This document shows, in pieces, positions 12,101 through 23,496 of a stretch of 64,000 nt of DNA. Source of the stretch: Takakia lepidozioides (Eukaryota; Plantae; Bryophyta); contig CM060733.1 of assembly GCA_030704615.1 (NCBI GenBank), positions 47,306,001 to 47,370,000 of the forward strand, read 5' to 3'. Both the position numbers and the translations under genes were made by a program. The number at the start of each line of letters is the position of its first letter. Position 1 is the stretch's first letter. The notes below the pieces were generated by a model, which was not told the origin of the DNA, did no database searches, and worked only from the letters and a program-made list of their open reading frames with translations.

Positions 12101-15001
12101 AGATGTTTCTGTGGGTTGTAACTGTAATATCTTAATCAAGTATCAGACGTAGAATGGCCAACAGCAGCAAATAAATCTTTCAGCATGTTACCGTCGAAAG
12201 AGATGTTAAAAGTTCAAAAGTAAATGGTGTAATGCCTAAAGTCCAAGCTATTCACCCAGACCTTGTTTGTTTGGACGTTTTGCATTCCTCTGTCTCTCTT
12301 CCCTTTCTCCCTCTATACTTAATGAGGATCAATCAACCTGATGACATTTCCCAAGGCAAGCAGACCACAGTTAATGGTGACCGATTCCTTGAAGCGCAAG
12401 CCCACAGCACCTGTGCGCTTTGCTCTCTCTGAGCCTGCCAAGTCCACCTGCCCAAGAACAAATGCAGTAGTGTTGAGCCTTCCTGCATTTTCCACTAAAT
12501 AATCCAACTAAAATGTTATTGATTAGAGAGAATTGGCATGATGCCCCAAGTATGAGAATCTCACACACAAATTAAACTGCATGACATCGTCGGCATGTGG
12601 CTGCAGCCTGAGTGATCTTTACAAGAGTTATTGAGGTGTAATACACAGGGAAGGGATGGTATCTGACTCCTTCAAAGATAGATCTATTGTCAAGAAGCAA
12701 GACCAGAACCAGACTGTAGGTAAAATCAGTGAATCCAAGGTGATATTCTTTGGCTGGATACCTGCTTGACAGAAGAAAGCAAAGTTCTGGTATTAACTTG
12801 TCACCCACTTAGATCATTCTGAAGAGCTCCAAAGAGATTACAGTCTATCAGAGACTTTGGCTAATTTGGCAATAAAAATGTGTGGGGTGAGAAAGCTAAC
12901 CAAGTGGAACTTTGCGGTGATGACATCATTGGTACTAGAACCCTCCTGGAGGGATCGCTGTTCCACAATAATGGTGAAGATTGCATGTGACCTGCTTGAC
13001 TGCTGGTTCATGAGTGTGCTCCCGGTTGTCCGGAACACCGACCCATGCTCCAAACACCTTACCGAACCAGAATTTGTCACATAATGAAGAATGTGAGTGC
13101 ATCCACAGAAGGTCCAAGGCTATGGCACATATTAGGGCTACAAGAGGACCCCAAAGCCTGTAAAAAACATGCAACGTAATAAACGAAGAGGAACAAGAAC
13201 AAGAAATATATCAAATCAATTGAGGCCCAACAAAGAAGGACTTCATACTGACATGAGGAGACACTGAGAGACTTGCCCAGTCGCTATTGAGGTACGTCGG
13301 TCATAAAAATGTACTGGGGTATTCCCTTTCTTCACAAAAGCTTAACAGAGAGGGGCAGACGCAGGTATGTGTCAGACCTGATCATGTTTTCAAAGCTGGT
13401 GACCACCTCTTCCTTGACGCCTGCAATGATGATGTCACCATTTGCATTCTCCCGTATGGAGATAGATTTGGAGGGTGTATCGGGATGCAACAAGTCCCTT
13501 ATCTCCTCATTGTAAATCTCAACAAATGCACACTTGACCTGTCCACTCAATGTTCATCCCATGGAAAACTGAGCATGCAAAAGAGACATTTTTCAAATCC
13601 CTGAAATGATCAAACTTCAACAAAGATTGCATGTCAACAAAAGCACAAAAAGATTTGATACATTGAAGTGTAAGCATTCCTACTGATAGGAACAATGAGG
13701 ACAAAAGAGAAGGGGTGGGTATCTCAGATGGGGACAGACAAGAAACTCAGCCTGACTGATTCGCTCCTCAATACTCTCATAGAGCTGGCGGATAGCTCGT
13801 GGCAGAATTCCAAGCTCCTCCTCTAATAGGGACACAGAATTGCCACAACCCATTGTAAAGGTCTTGCCTGATCCCGTTTGCCCATATGCAAGAACTGTTG
13901 CATTGTACCTGACCCCTCCCATTGCCCACCTTTCAGGTCGAGACAAAGTTCATTCTTATCCCCCATATGTTAATCGTGTTTCCTGGATTGTCAGTGTTAA
14001 TCTTCAAAACTCGCCAATGAAAAATTCTCAGACCAATCAGCCATCAAAATCTTGAGTGAGCTACCTTGTTTTTATTATTTTTATTATTATGACTAAGTGT
14101 AACACGGAACTTCTGCATGCATCATTGCCCGTCGTATGGATCACAGGAGATCCCTATCAACAATTGTCTGCATGACCTTCCAGACAGATCCAACTAGCCT
14201 GCCAAAATCCAGGGCCACTGAGCTTGGTGTGCAGCAGCGCTATGGTGTTCAGCACAACCTAGTGACCTGACAGCCGACAAATAGTTTCTGCATTTCCTCA
14301 CTCCATTAGTGCTATCCTTTGAAACGAATGTGTTATCAAAGATGGAGCGGCCATGCAAATGGTGATTGCTTTGTCCTCCAACCTGTGAGCATTATTTCAT
14401 TTGATTGAATCCACCCACCACACATATTTTCAATTAAGCGGTAGGGGTTCACCATTCCAAGCGCGACAGTGTTCCAACGGGAGATCAACTTTCACGTCCC
14501 CACAGTACACCCCGGTGGATTATGCACACAACCCAAAATCAAGACATTCGTGGCCCGATTAATCAATAACTCTCTGCATAAGCAGACCTAACGACGTCTA
14601 CAGCCGGCATCTTCTTCGTCTGCATTCCAGTTGCAGGGTATGTGCTTTTACTATTCTTCTCTTGACTCTCTTGCCCACATCCCCTTTTAGGCCTAACCTT
14701 GTGTCTTGGTGAGCGCGGATTGTTACCCAGAAATGCAGCTGTCGACAAGGGGCTTGACACAATCGAGGAATACATCTTCCTGGCCCACCATAGGACCAAA
14801 GACATGATCGAAGGTAAAGCGCCTGTCTTTGCCCAGCACCACCTGCCGGCCATCGGTGGAGTAGGCTACACATTCTTTGCATTTTTCCACTAGTTCCTTC
14901 TCAATGAGAGGGCGCGCGCGCACTGCCACCCTCACAGCCGAGTCGTCTGACACGGTCCCTGGCACCGGCTGGTCGTGCGTCGGTGAAAGAGGGATTGTCA
15001 T
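176..15001 (-). CDS. Kinesin-4 family motor protein (KIF7/KIF27-like), multi-exon; 3' end probably continues beyond position 1
   Basis: Motor exons with GT-AG boundaries: 15001-14727 ([18 protein letters not shown]), 13908-13740 ([21 protein letters not shown]-loop), 13538-13378 ([13 protein letters not shown]), 13057-12901 ([12 protein letters not shown], switch I), 12447-12338 (VDLAGSER, switch II), 12044-11972 ([14 protein letters not shown]), 11463-11417 (DSLGGNSRT), 11006-10877 ([20 protein letters not shown]). Coiled-coil exons near 9520-9625, 9060-9190, 6690-7110, 5705-5900, 5215-5503, 3281-3421, 2755-2971, 2219-2391, 1700-2015, 1052-1277 and 176-391 (approximate). Confidence 0.93.
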
Positions 15002-15919
15002 GGCAATTCCACGCCGAGCACTTGTGGTGATTAAGAGAGAGGATCTCTACTGATAACTCTGGCTTCCTTCTGGGATCACAGAAGAATCCATCATCACTCC
15101 ACACGTAAAGACACCGCAATTATTCCACACCCATGTCATCTTCTCCCTCCACCTTCTCCCCACATTCATTCGATCCGTGTCTAAATACAATGTGTGTTTG
15201 AGAGAGAGACACACAGAGTTCACCGAATCCCCTCGAAGATTCTTACATCACTCTCCCTCTCTTCCATCGCTAACCAGTTCAAGAAGTCGTGAGATCATCC
15301 CACCCAAGCTACCAAAGCACCTCCCCTACTCCCCCTTCTCGTCACACCAGGTAATGCCTCTGTGGGAGGCTGTGCGGGTGCCTCTCCCCTGCATAGCTGG
15401 TTATCAGGGGAAGCATACAGCAGAAGGGGGTGTGCCAATGGGCCAAGGGACATGGTAAGGCGGAGACAACGGGTACAATGAGGGGCCTGGGCACCATAGC
15501 CGGCAGTTAGACACTCCCACTCCACGGATTTTGGACTATCTCTCACACCCTCTCACTCTTTTTTCTGTTTTCTTTGAAATTGTTCAACGGGATTGCCATC
15601 CTTTCCAGTTGTGGGCACACCCCCTTGCTCCTTCTTACCTCGTCATCTACTTACTTATTACTTGCCTGCTACACACAAAACACATCACCGTCCCGGTTAC
15701 AGTGTGCTGTGGATTAGTGCACGGAATCGTTTGGCAGAGCTTCCATTATTACACGCCAATTCAGGGCCTGCAGCCATGATTCCTGAGCAGCATTGCATGG
15801 AAAAGGTCAAAGCATTGCATGTATTGAGCATTCATCCCTTGGAAGTTGGGGGCTATGAACGCTGTCCCTGTTTGGAATGAAAAGGCAGCAGTGAGTGGAA
15901 CACAACCGGCCCACTCTTG

Positions 15920-16120
15920 TGTCATCAACTTCCCCACCCTCTCTTGAGAGTGACATGGAACTCAAGGAGTGTTAACTCCAGTCGGGGTTACACATAATGG
16001 AGTGTAACTCCACTGTAACTCACACTTGGTCTCGAAATTTGACTAAGTTCAAATTTGGCTAACTGTAAATGAACCAACCAGAGTTACATGAGAGCTTACA
16101 TAGGGTTACACCGACTGGAA
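15920..16120 (+). mobile_element. Truncated copy of the TGTCA-ended MITE/solo-LTR-like repeat seen at 41493-41976 (inverted)
   Basis: tgtcatcaacttccccaccctctcttgagagtgacatggaactcaaggagtg... matches the reverse complement of ~41670-41976. The second terminus was not found. Confidence 0.7.
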
Positions 16121-16616
16121 TACGTACTAATACAAGGATTATACACAGCATAAAATCAGTATAGGTAGTTGATTGCAGAGGACTGATGGACGACGTTCCA
16201 CAATATGGGGACAATGGAGCCTGTGGAAAATTGATCGGCGACTTCCAAGTAGTTAATGCCACACGAGAACAATGACACTGCCATATATGACAGCAACACC
16301 TGCTGTTGATTTTTCTCTTATAGCAATTGCATGGACATATTAGGCCTTCAGTAGATCATCATCCACTGCATTGAAGGTGGTAGCTTAGGTAAATCGTCAT
16401 TAGTCTGTTCAAAAATGAAAGTCAGTTCACCTGAATTTGCAAGTTGTGACAAGCCCAGAGAATGCGAGATTTAAGTTGGCCATACCCACTCGGCTAAGCC
16501 AAAGGTCTATGTCGCTTGCCTTCCACTCTGCAAGAGCTGTGATATATTTTTAAGGTAGACAGTTCCTGTCTCACTCTGTTTTTGGCATCTTCCATTCGTT
16601 CGACTACCTTCGGGAG

Positions 16617-17008
16617 TGTTGAAATCGAAGATCCAGTCCGTCATTGACATCTGGACCATGCTGGTCGAATAGTCATAGTCAGCAAATAGGTGGCAGTCCA
16701 CCGAGCAGCCACAATCACAGATGCCAGTCAGTCACATTTTGAATCTCTAGCTAGTTGGATCTCCCGCACTTAGTAGCACCTGTATTTTCTTTGGGTGGCA
16801 GACGATACTTAGTTAGTTTTTATGTATGTTCATAGCGTGGTGTAGTTAAGCTTACAGATGCGTGAGCATCATTGATTCCATGGATTGCCTTGTAGATTGA
16901 TAAGCCGCATACTTCTTAGTGTTTCAATAGTGTTGGATAGCTTCTTCATAACTTATTGGCTACTCTGTAAACAGCTATGAGCAAGCAGTGAAATCAGTAT
17001 TTTCAATA
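16617..17008 (+). repeat. Copia 5' LTR (392 bp)
   Basis: Starts TGTTGAAA and ends TTTCAATA (the inverted terminus TTTCAACA with one C>T). Immediately followed by the PBS. Confidence 0.85.
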
Positions 17009-17021
17009 GGTTATGGGTCCA
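17009..17021 (+). promoter_or_regulatory. Half-tRNAiMet (hemivirus-type) primer binding site
   Basis: GGTTATGGGTCCA directly after the LTR resembles the Drosophila copia PBS GGTTATGGGCCCA rather than a TGG-initiated tRNA 3'-end PBS. Confidence 0.8.
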
Positions 17022-17080
17022 CAATCGCTTAATGCTCTGTGAGAGGTTTTCTTTCTGTAGAAGTAAGGGTGATAGAAGAA

Positions 17081-20000
17081 ATGGCGTCAGTGAAGACAGA
17101 TTCTAAGAACGTGACGAATATTGAGAAGTTCACGGGAGATAACCTCCAACTATGGAAGTTCCAAATGCAAGTGCTATTCCGAGCAAAGAAGCTTTTACGT
17201 GTTGTTGAGGGAATAGAATTGAGAGAAGAAGCTTTGGATCAGGATGAGTGGGATGACAAGGATAACTGTGCTTCTTTGTACATCTGCAGGTTGGTAGACA
17301 AGAAGCGCATGCAGCAACTCATTGCATGCAAGACATCAGCAGAGATGTGGAGTTGTCTCATCACCATTCATGAGCAGTGCGCAAGCGAAAATATCCATAT
17401 GCTACAGCAGAATTTTTTTGAATACAAGATGAGCGATGGTGATGATGTAACTGAACACATTAGCACCATAGAGTCCATGGCCTGTCAGCTTAACGATCTT
17501 GGGGAGGCCACAACAGATCGAGCAGTAATCACCAAGATGATTTGTAGTTTACCTCCTTCATACCGACACATGATCTCAGCGTGGGACAGTGTTCCGAAAG
17601 ATGAGCGGACGATCGAGAAACTTACCGTAAGACTGCTAAAAGAAGAAACCCTGAACAAAGAATGAGGAGCATTTGATGAAGCCAGAGATAAGGCCTTTTT
17701 TGTTGGTCGGCCAGGTAATATGAACAGCAGCGGAAGCGGTGATGGTAAACCAAGATTGACGTATGTTGAACGTCAGGAAAAGAGAAGGAGAATCGAGGAA
17801 TTGAAGAAACAAACTCATTGCAATGGTTGCGGAAGAAGAGGACACTGGGAGCGCGAGTGTCCTAATAAGAAGGCAGCAGAGACAAGTCAAGCAAATCAAG
17901 TGGAGAGTATGTCTCCAGAGGTCAATATTAGCACTGCATACACTGTTCACGAAGCTCAATCTTCTAGAGTTACCATGGCTGAGAGTAACTGTTGGTATGT
18001 TGATGGCGGTGCAAGTGAGCACATGACCGATAAGAGAGATCAGTGGTTCAAGAATTTGGAAAGGGGAAGTGGCCTATCGTGGTCGCTAACAATGAGTCTG
18101 TGTGGGTTGAGGGAGTTGGGGATATCGAGATTCTGAGTCTTGTTGGAGACAGGTGGGAGAGAGGAGTGATTACAAAGGCTTTGTATGTCCTAAGTTGAAA
18201 AAAATCTATTCTCAATCGGACAGGCAGCAGACAAGGGAATTGTCACTACCTATAACAAAGAGAGTTGCAAATTAATTTGCAATGAGGGACGAGGAAGAAT
18301 TGTGATGGTAGGTTTGCGTGAAGGGAAACTGTATAAGCTGCAGTTGAAGGTCATTATACCTAAGAGTATCGACAAGGGTTTGTTAAGTGGCAAAAATAAG
18401 AGCATCGCTTTCTTGAGTGAGTCAAACCCTAGCAATCTACATCTCTGGCATTGTCGTTTGGGACATCTAAATCATGCTATGATCAAGAAAATGGAGGCAT
18501 CACAGAGTGTAGAAGGTCTGAAGATAGGCAGTCTGAGTGAGGCATCTACCTTCTATGAAGGATGTGCCTATGGCTCTTGCCATAGACAGAGCTTTCCTGT
18601 CCATGATGAGAGAGTAAAAGCTGAGAAAGCTGGAGATCTCTTACACACGGATGTGTGTGGACCGATGAAAATGTACTCCATCGGAGGGTCAAGGTATTAT
18701 GTAGTTTTCAAAGATGATTTCTCAGGGTACAGAATGGTATTCTGCATGAAGAAGAAGTCTGAAGTCATAGAGCACTTTCGTAAGGTCCTTAAGCATACAC
18801 AACAAGAAACAAAGACCAATGTCAAGATAGTTCGTAGCGACCGAGGGGGAGAGTTTATGAGTTCAGCTTTTAAAGAGCTTTGTGAGAAAGAGGGAATCCA
18901 CCATGAGCTGACAGCTCCTTATACACCGGAGCAGAACGGTGTTGCCGAGAGAGAAAATAGAACCATCATGGAGTCAACAAGGAGTATGTTGCATACAAGC
19001 AATATTGGCCTGGAATTCTGGGCAGAGGCGGTACTAACGAGTGCTTACATCCTGAATAGAACAGGAACACGGTTACTGGATGGGAAGACACCAATCGAAG
19101 CATGGTCAGGAGCAAGACCATCTATTGTTCATTTGAAGATTTTTGGATCAGATGCCTATTCTCACATTCCAAAGCAGATGAGATCCAAACTTGATCCTAA
19201 GTGCAAGAAATGTGCATTCATAGGATATTGCACCGAGAGCAAAGCATGACACTAAGAAGGTGATAATCAACCGAGATGTTGTGTTTGATGAGGGATCATA
19301 CACATCTACAACACAGTCATTGCAAACTCAAAGTGGAGTCTCCATCATGGATCTGTATGATGATCTTGAGGACTCAATGGAAGTACCTGAACCAGTGGGA
19401 ACAGTGCAGGGAACAGTGGACGCAGAACCAGTGGGAGCAATGCAGGGAACAGTGGATGCAGTTGAGGCAACAGAAGAATTGATGGGAGCTCAAGAAGGAC
19501 GAAATAATGAGCAAGCGGTATATGAACCAGTGGGAGTTCAACTTGAAGTGGTCTTGATAGATGTGTGGAGAAACCATATGGGCAAATGACACGATACGAA
19601 ACTCGATCACGGCAAGCACCAACGAGGTATGGTGACTGGGCTTATTTTGCCGAGGTGCAGTCTTTTGTTGGAGTAGCGAGTTCATTGGAAGAGCCCCATG
19701 ATTATTGGACTGCAATCAACTCAGAACAGAAAGTCGAATGGCAGCAAGCGATGGACGAGGAATTCAACTCTCTCACTCAAAACGAGACATGGTTGCTTAC
19801 AGAACTACCTCGTGATCGCAAAGCGGTGCAATGTAAATGGGTTTTCAAACTAAAAACAAAATCAGATGGAACAGTTGAGAGATACAAGGCACGATTAGTT
19901 GCCGAAGGATTCTCACAACAGTATGGTATTGACTATGCATAAACATTTCTCCTGTCGCCAAGTATGACTCCATTCGCACCATTCTTGCCATTGCAGCATC

Positions 20001-21291
20001 TGAGGATATGAATATCATGCAATTTGATATTAAAACCGCGTTTCTCTATGGAGAACTCGAAGAAGAGATCTACATGATCCAGCCGCCGGGCTTCATAGCA
20101 CCAGGCACAGAGCACGTGGTATGCAGTTTGAAAAAATGTCTGTATGGACTGAAGCAGGCTTCACGAGTTTGGAATGCGAAGTTTGATAATTTTCTGCTTA
20201 GGTACAATTTGGTACCAAGTGCGGCAGATCCTTGCATTTACTATAGTAAGGAGAAGCCCAAAATCATCACATCTCTTTTCGTGGATGATGGACTGGCCTG
20301 TTGCGTTGAGTCAGCAAGGCTTGACAACACGTTTGAATACATGGGCAAGGAATTTGAAACCAAAGTGGGAGAGGCAGACTATTATGTTGGTTTGCGAATT
20401 AAAAGAGATCGGCAACTCGTGACTATTTCAATCGATCAACAAGTCTACATTGAGAAGATGATCACAAAGTATGGTTTCGAAAATGCAATGGCAGTGACTA
20501 CTCCTGCTGACCCTAATACTCAAATGAGTTTTTTTCTCTCTTTCGGGTGACTCAGAGAAAACAAAAACATCATGGATTACCAATTTCCATTTCAGGAAAT
20601 GATTGGAAGCTTGATGTTTGCAAGCATCGGGAGTCGTCCTGACATCTCATATGCAGTGAGTACAGTGGCGAAATACGCATCAAGACGCATCAAGACACAG
20701 ACCTGTGCACTGCAACGCTGTGAAACGGATCATGAAATACTTGAAGGGAACATCTCATTTTGTTCTGACCTACAATGGGAAGCAAGACACAAATCTGCTC
20801 ACAGGATTTTGCGACGCAGATTATGCTGGTAACATAGATGATAGAAAATCCAGATCCGGATGTGTCATTATGTTGAACCAAAGAGCAATTGTTTGGAGCA
20901 GTCGGAAACAAGCATGTACTGTTGGATCAACAACTGAATCAGAGTATGTTGCAGCTCACATGGCTACGAGGGAGATTATTTGGTTACGGAGATTCATGGA
21001 CTCCATTGGACATTCACAGAAGACACCCACCCCACTTCACAGCGATAACCAGAGTTGCATCAGACTGGTTCACAATCCAGAGTACCATCGTCGAACAAAG
21101 CACATAGACGTTCACACCATGTCATTCGCGAGAACCAGACAAAGGGAGAAATTGACATTCAGTATGTTCACACGAACGATCAGATTGCCGATATTTTTAC
21201 GAAGGCTCTTGGTCCAGACAAGTTCCTTCATTTTCGCTCCATGCTTGGGTTGCATTCCCCAGCAAGCAATCTCTGTGCAAGCGATCTTTGA
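17081..21291 (+). pseudogene. Copia gag-pol polyprotein, disrupted by stops and frameshifts
   Basis: UBN2-like gag, zinc knuckle CNGCGRRGHWEREC, protease WYVDGGASEHM, LWHCRLGH, integrase LHTDVCGP/RSDRGGEF/PEQNGVAERENRT, RT QFDIKTAFLYG/FVDDGL, RNase H CDADYAG/STTESEY/DNQSCI/ADIFTKAL. Confidence 0.95.
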
Positions 21292-21322
21292 AGCATGCAT
21301 ACAATGTCGGACTGAGTGGGAG

Positions 21323-21368
21323 TGTTGAAATCGAAGATCCAGTCCGTCATTGACATCTGGACCATGCT
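21323..21368 (+). repeat. Copia 3' LTR remnant preceded by PPT (gagtgggag)
   Basis: tgttgaaatcgaagatccagtccgtcattgacatctggaccatgct is identical to 16617-16662, then diverges. Confidence 0.9.
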
Positions 21369-22541
21369 ACTTACCCCTCTACCATGTCCCTTGGCCCATT
21401 GGCACACACCCCCTTCTTCTGGCGTATGCTAGATACGTCATGATATATGGCGATATATGGATATATATGGCTATGGATATATGGCGATATGTACGTTTGA
21501 CATGGAAACAGGTGACGCCGGTGGAACAGGGTCACACCGAAGGAAATGTAACTCCACTACGGGTTGACCTAAGGGGGTGTCACTCCACTCTTGGCAGAAT
21601 GAAAGATTTTCTTCTTCGGCACTGTGTTTCATAGGAGGCCTCGTCGGAAAGACGTGGTAGGCATGATCTCCGTCCCCCAACGTCTACCCTGATGCTGGTA
21701 TGTGTGAATATATGTTCTTATGATTTTCTTGCTTTGTCCTCTCCATTGCAAGAATGTTCATGGAGGACATGGCATTGTGTATACATCGGTGTTGGTCTGC
21801 TATTCACTTTTGAACATACCAGTTGGATCAATTTCTCACATTCTGAAAAAGAGACGGATTGGAGTTCCCCAGATTTACCACAAGTACTCAAGCTTCGAAT
21901 TGCCATGACAATCAGCATGAAAGCTCATATAGTCTGTCAGGTGACTTACACGTGGAAGTGCTAGCCAATCTGTTTGCAAGCAACCACTTCAATTCATTCT
22001 CACTCTATGCCTCTGATTCTTAGACCTAAAATTCTTGGCCTCTGCAAGTTGAGCAGGGACACTAGGAACTAGAAGAAAATTCAACGATCTACTGAAGACT
22101 TAATGTCCATGCCATTGCTTCACATCCCCCATCCAAACCGGCTTGATGTGAACTCTTCAGCACCCTCTGCTGAGCACCTGCACGATAAGTAAATGATGCG
22201 ATGCATGAGGATGTAGCTCAACAGTTCTAATGGACTCTCAAACATGGATTCTCAATCAATAACCAGGCCACGATTGTCAAGAGATTGTTGGAGTAAACGC
22301 TAGAGGAGAGAATATCACCAGATCTGTGAAGAGGCCTTCATGAGCACCTCTTTAGTCTGCTATGTTGATTGTGAGACATGACATTCCATAATCTAATGTC
22401 AGTTCTTAGGCATGGTCTAAAAAGCCACCTTTTGATGCAATTTGGAACGTTTTTAGATGACATTATCATCACTGGAATCTCCTTTGGAGCAGAGGTTTTG
22501 GCTTGCCACATTCAACCACATTCGTTGATAAGTGTTAACAT

Positions 22542-22728
22542 TGTCGTGCGCATACATATCGCTACACAACTACATCGCTGTCCAAAACCACACAACACAT
22601 GTGCACACCACACACTAGTATACCACTAGTCCACCACTAGTCCAGCCACTAGTCCAACCACTAGGCTACAACTAGTCAATCACTAGGCTGCCACTATGCT
22701 GCCCACTATGGCAGTCACTAGTCAAACA
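22542..22728 (-). repeat. LTR segment A, terminal copy (U3-like half)
   Basis: 187 bp, near-identical to 23049-23236; rich in CCACTAGT motifs. Confidence 0.93.
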
Positions 22729-22729
22729 A

Positions 22730-23236
22730 TGATAAAGAAGAAAAATACAAGCACGAGCTCACAAATCTGAAGCATAAACTCATGCATATATAACCTCATC
22801 ACTCAAATACAAGTCAAGCCAAGTGCACCCCACGCCATGGGGAATCCACACTACGGCGCCATAGCTAGGCGCGGTGAGGCTCAACTTGAGAAAGATGAGC
22901 CTCCCGCGCTTGCCGTGAAGATAACCACTCCAGGGCCTAAATCTGCCTTGACCCCTGGATTGACACTTGGGCCAATCCCAAATGTCAATATGTAAAAGCT
23001 AGCTATTTCCTAGCTAGTTTCACACTAGTGGTAAAATAACTTGACAGCTGTCGTGCGCATACATATCGCTACACAACTACATCGTTGTCCAAAACCACAC
23101 AACACATGTGCACACCACACACTAGTATACCACTAGTCCACCACTAGTCCAGCCACTAGTCCAACCACTAGGCTACAACTAGTCAGTCACTAGGCTGCCA
23201 CTATGCTGCCCACTATGGCAGTCACTAGTCCACACA
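22730..23236 (-). repeat. Complete LTR as defined by PPT and PBS (A + GC + B, 507 bp)
   Basis: In element sense it starts TGTGTGG just after the PPT and ends TTATCA. It contains the palindrome GACAGCTGTC at 23043-23052. Confidence 0.85.
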
Positions 23237-23238
23237 AT

Positions 23239-23249
23239 CGCCCCCCTAG
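23239..23249 (-). promoter_or_regulatory. Polypurine tract of the gypsy element
   Basis: Sense CTAGGGGGGCG followed by AT and then the TG start of the LTR. Confidence 0.8.
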
Positions 23250-23496
23250 CTGGTGCTTAGGTCCCTCTAAGTCCAGGTAGCCACAAGATGTGATAGTGAC
23301 CATAGCCTCACTAAGTCCTCCACCATTATCCCTACTACACTCAAACTCGATAGATCAAGAGGCCGGGTGCAAGAGTTGCCCCATCATTAGTCGCCGTCTT
23401 GCAACCTGTGAACTTGAGCTTGGGATCTCATGTATTGACTCCTATGAGCTTGGCCTCCCATGTCTTGTTAGCTGCCTCCAGTCATGTCCACTGCCA

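Larger units (their letters stand above)
16617..21368 (+). mobile_element. Ty1/copia LTR retrotransposon, 3' LTR truncated
   Basis: 5' LTR, PBS, gag-PR-IN-RT-RH domain order, PPT, and the first ~46 bp of a 3' LTR identical to the 5' LTR start. Confidence 0.95.

Noticed and set aside
21692-22540. Possible host gene exons on the minus strand
   Set aside because: Only short splice-like segments with stops; no identifiable product.
22542-23046. Treating the TG...CA unit 22542-23046 as an ordinary 3' LTR
   Set aside because: It does not abut the PPT, an extra A copy intervenes, and the other end of the element has only segment B.
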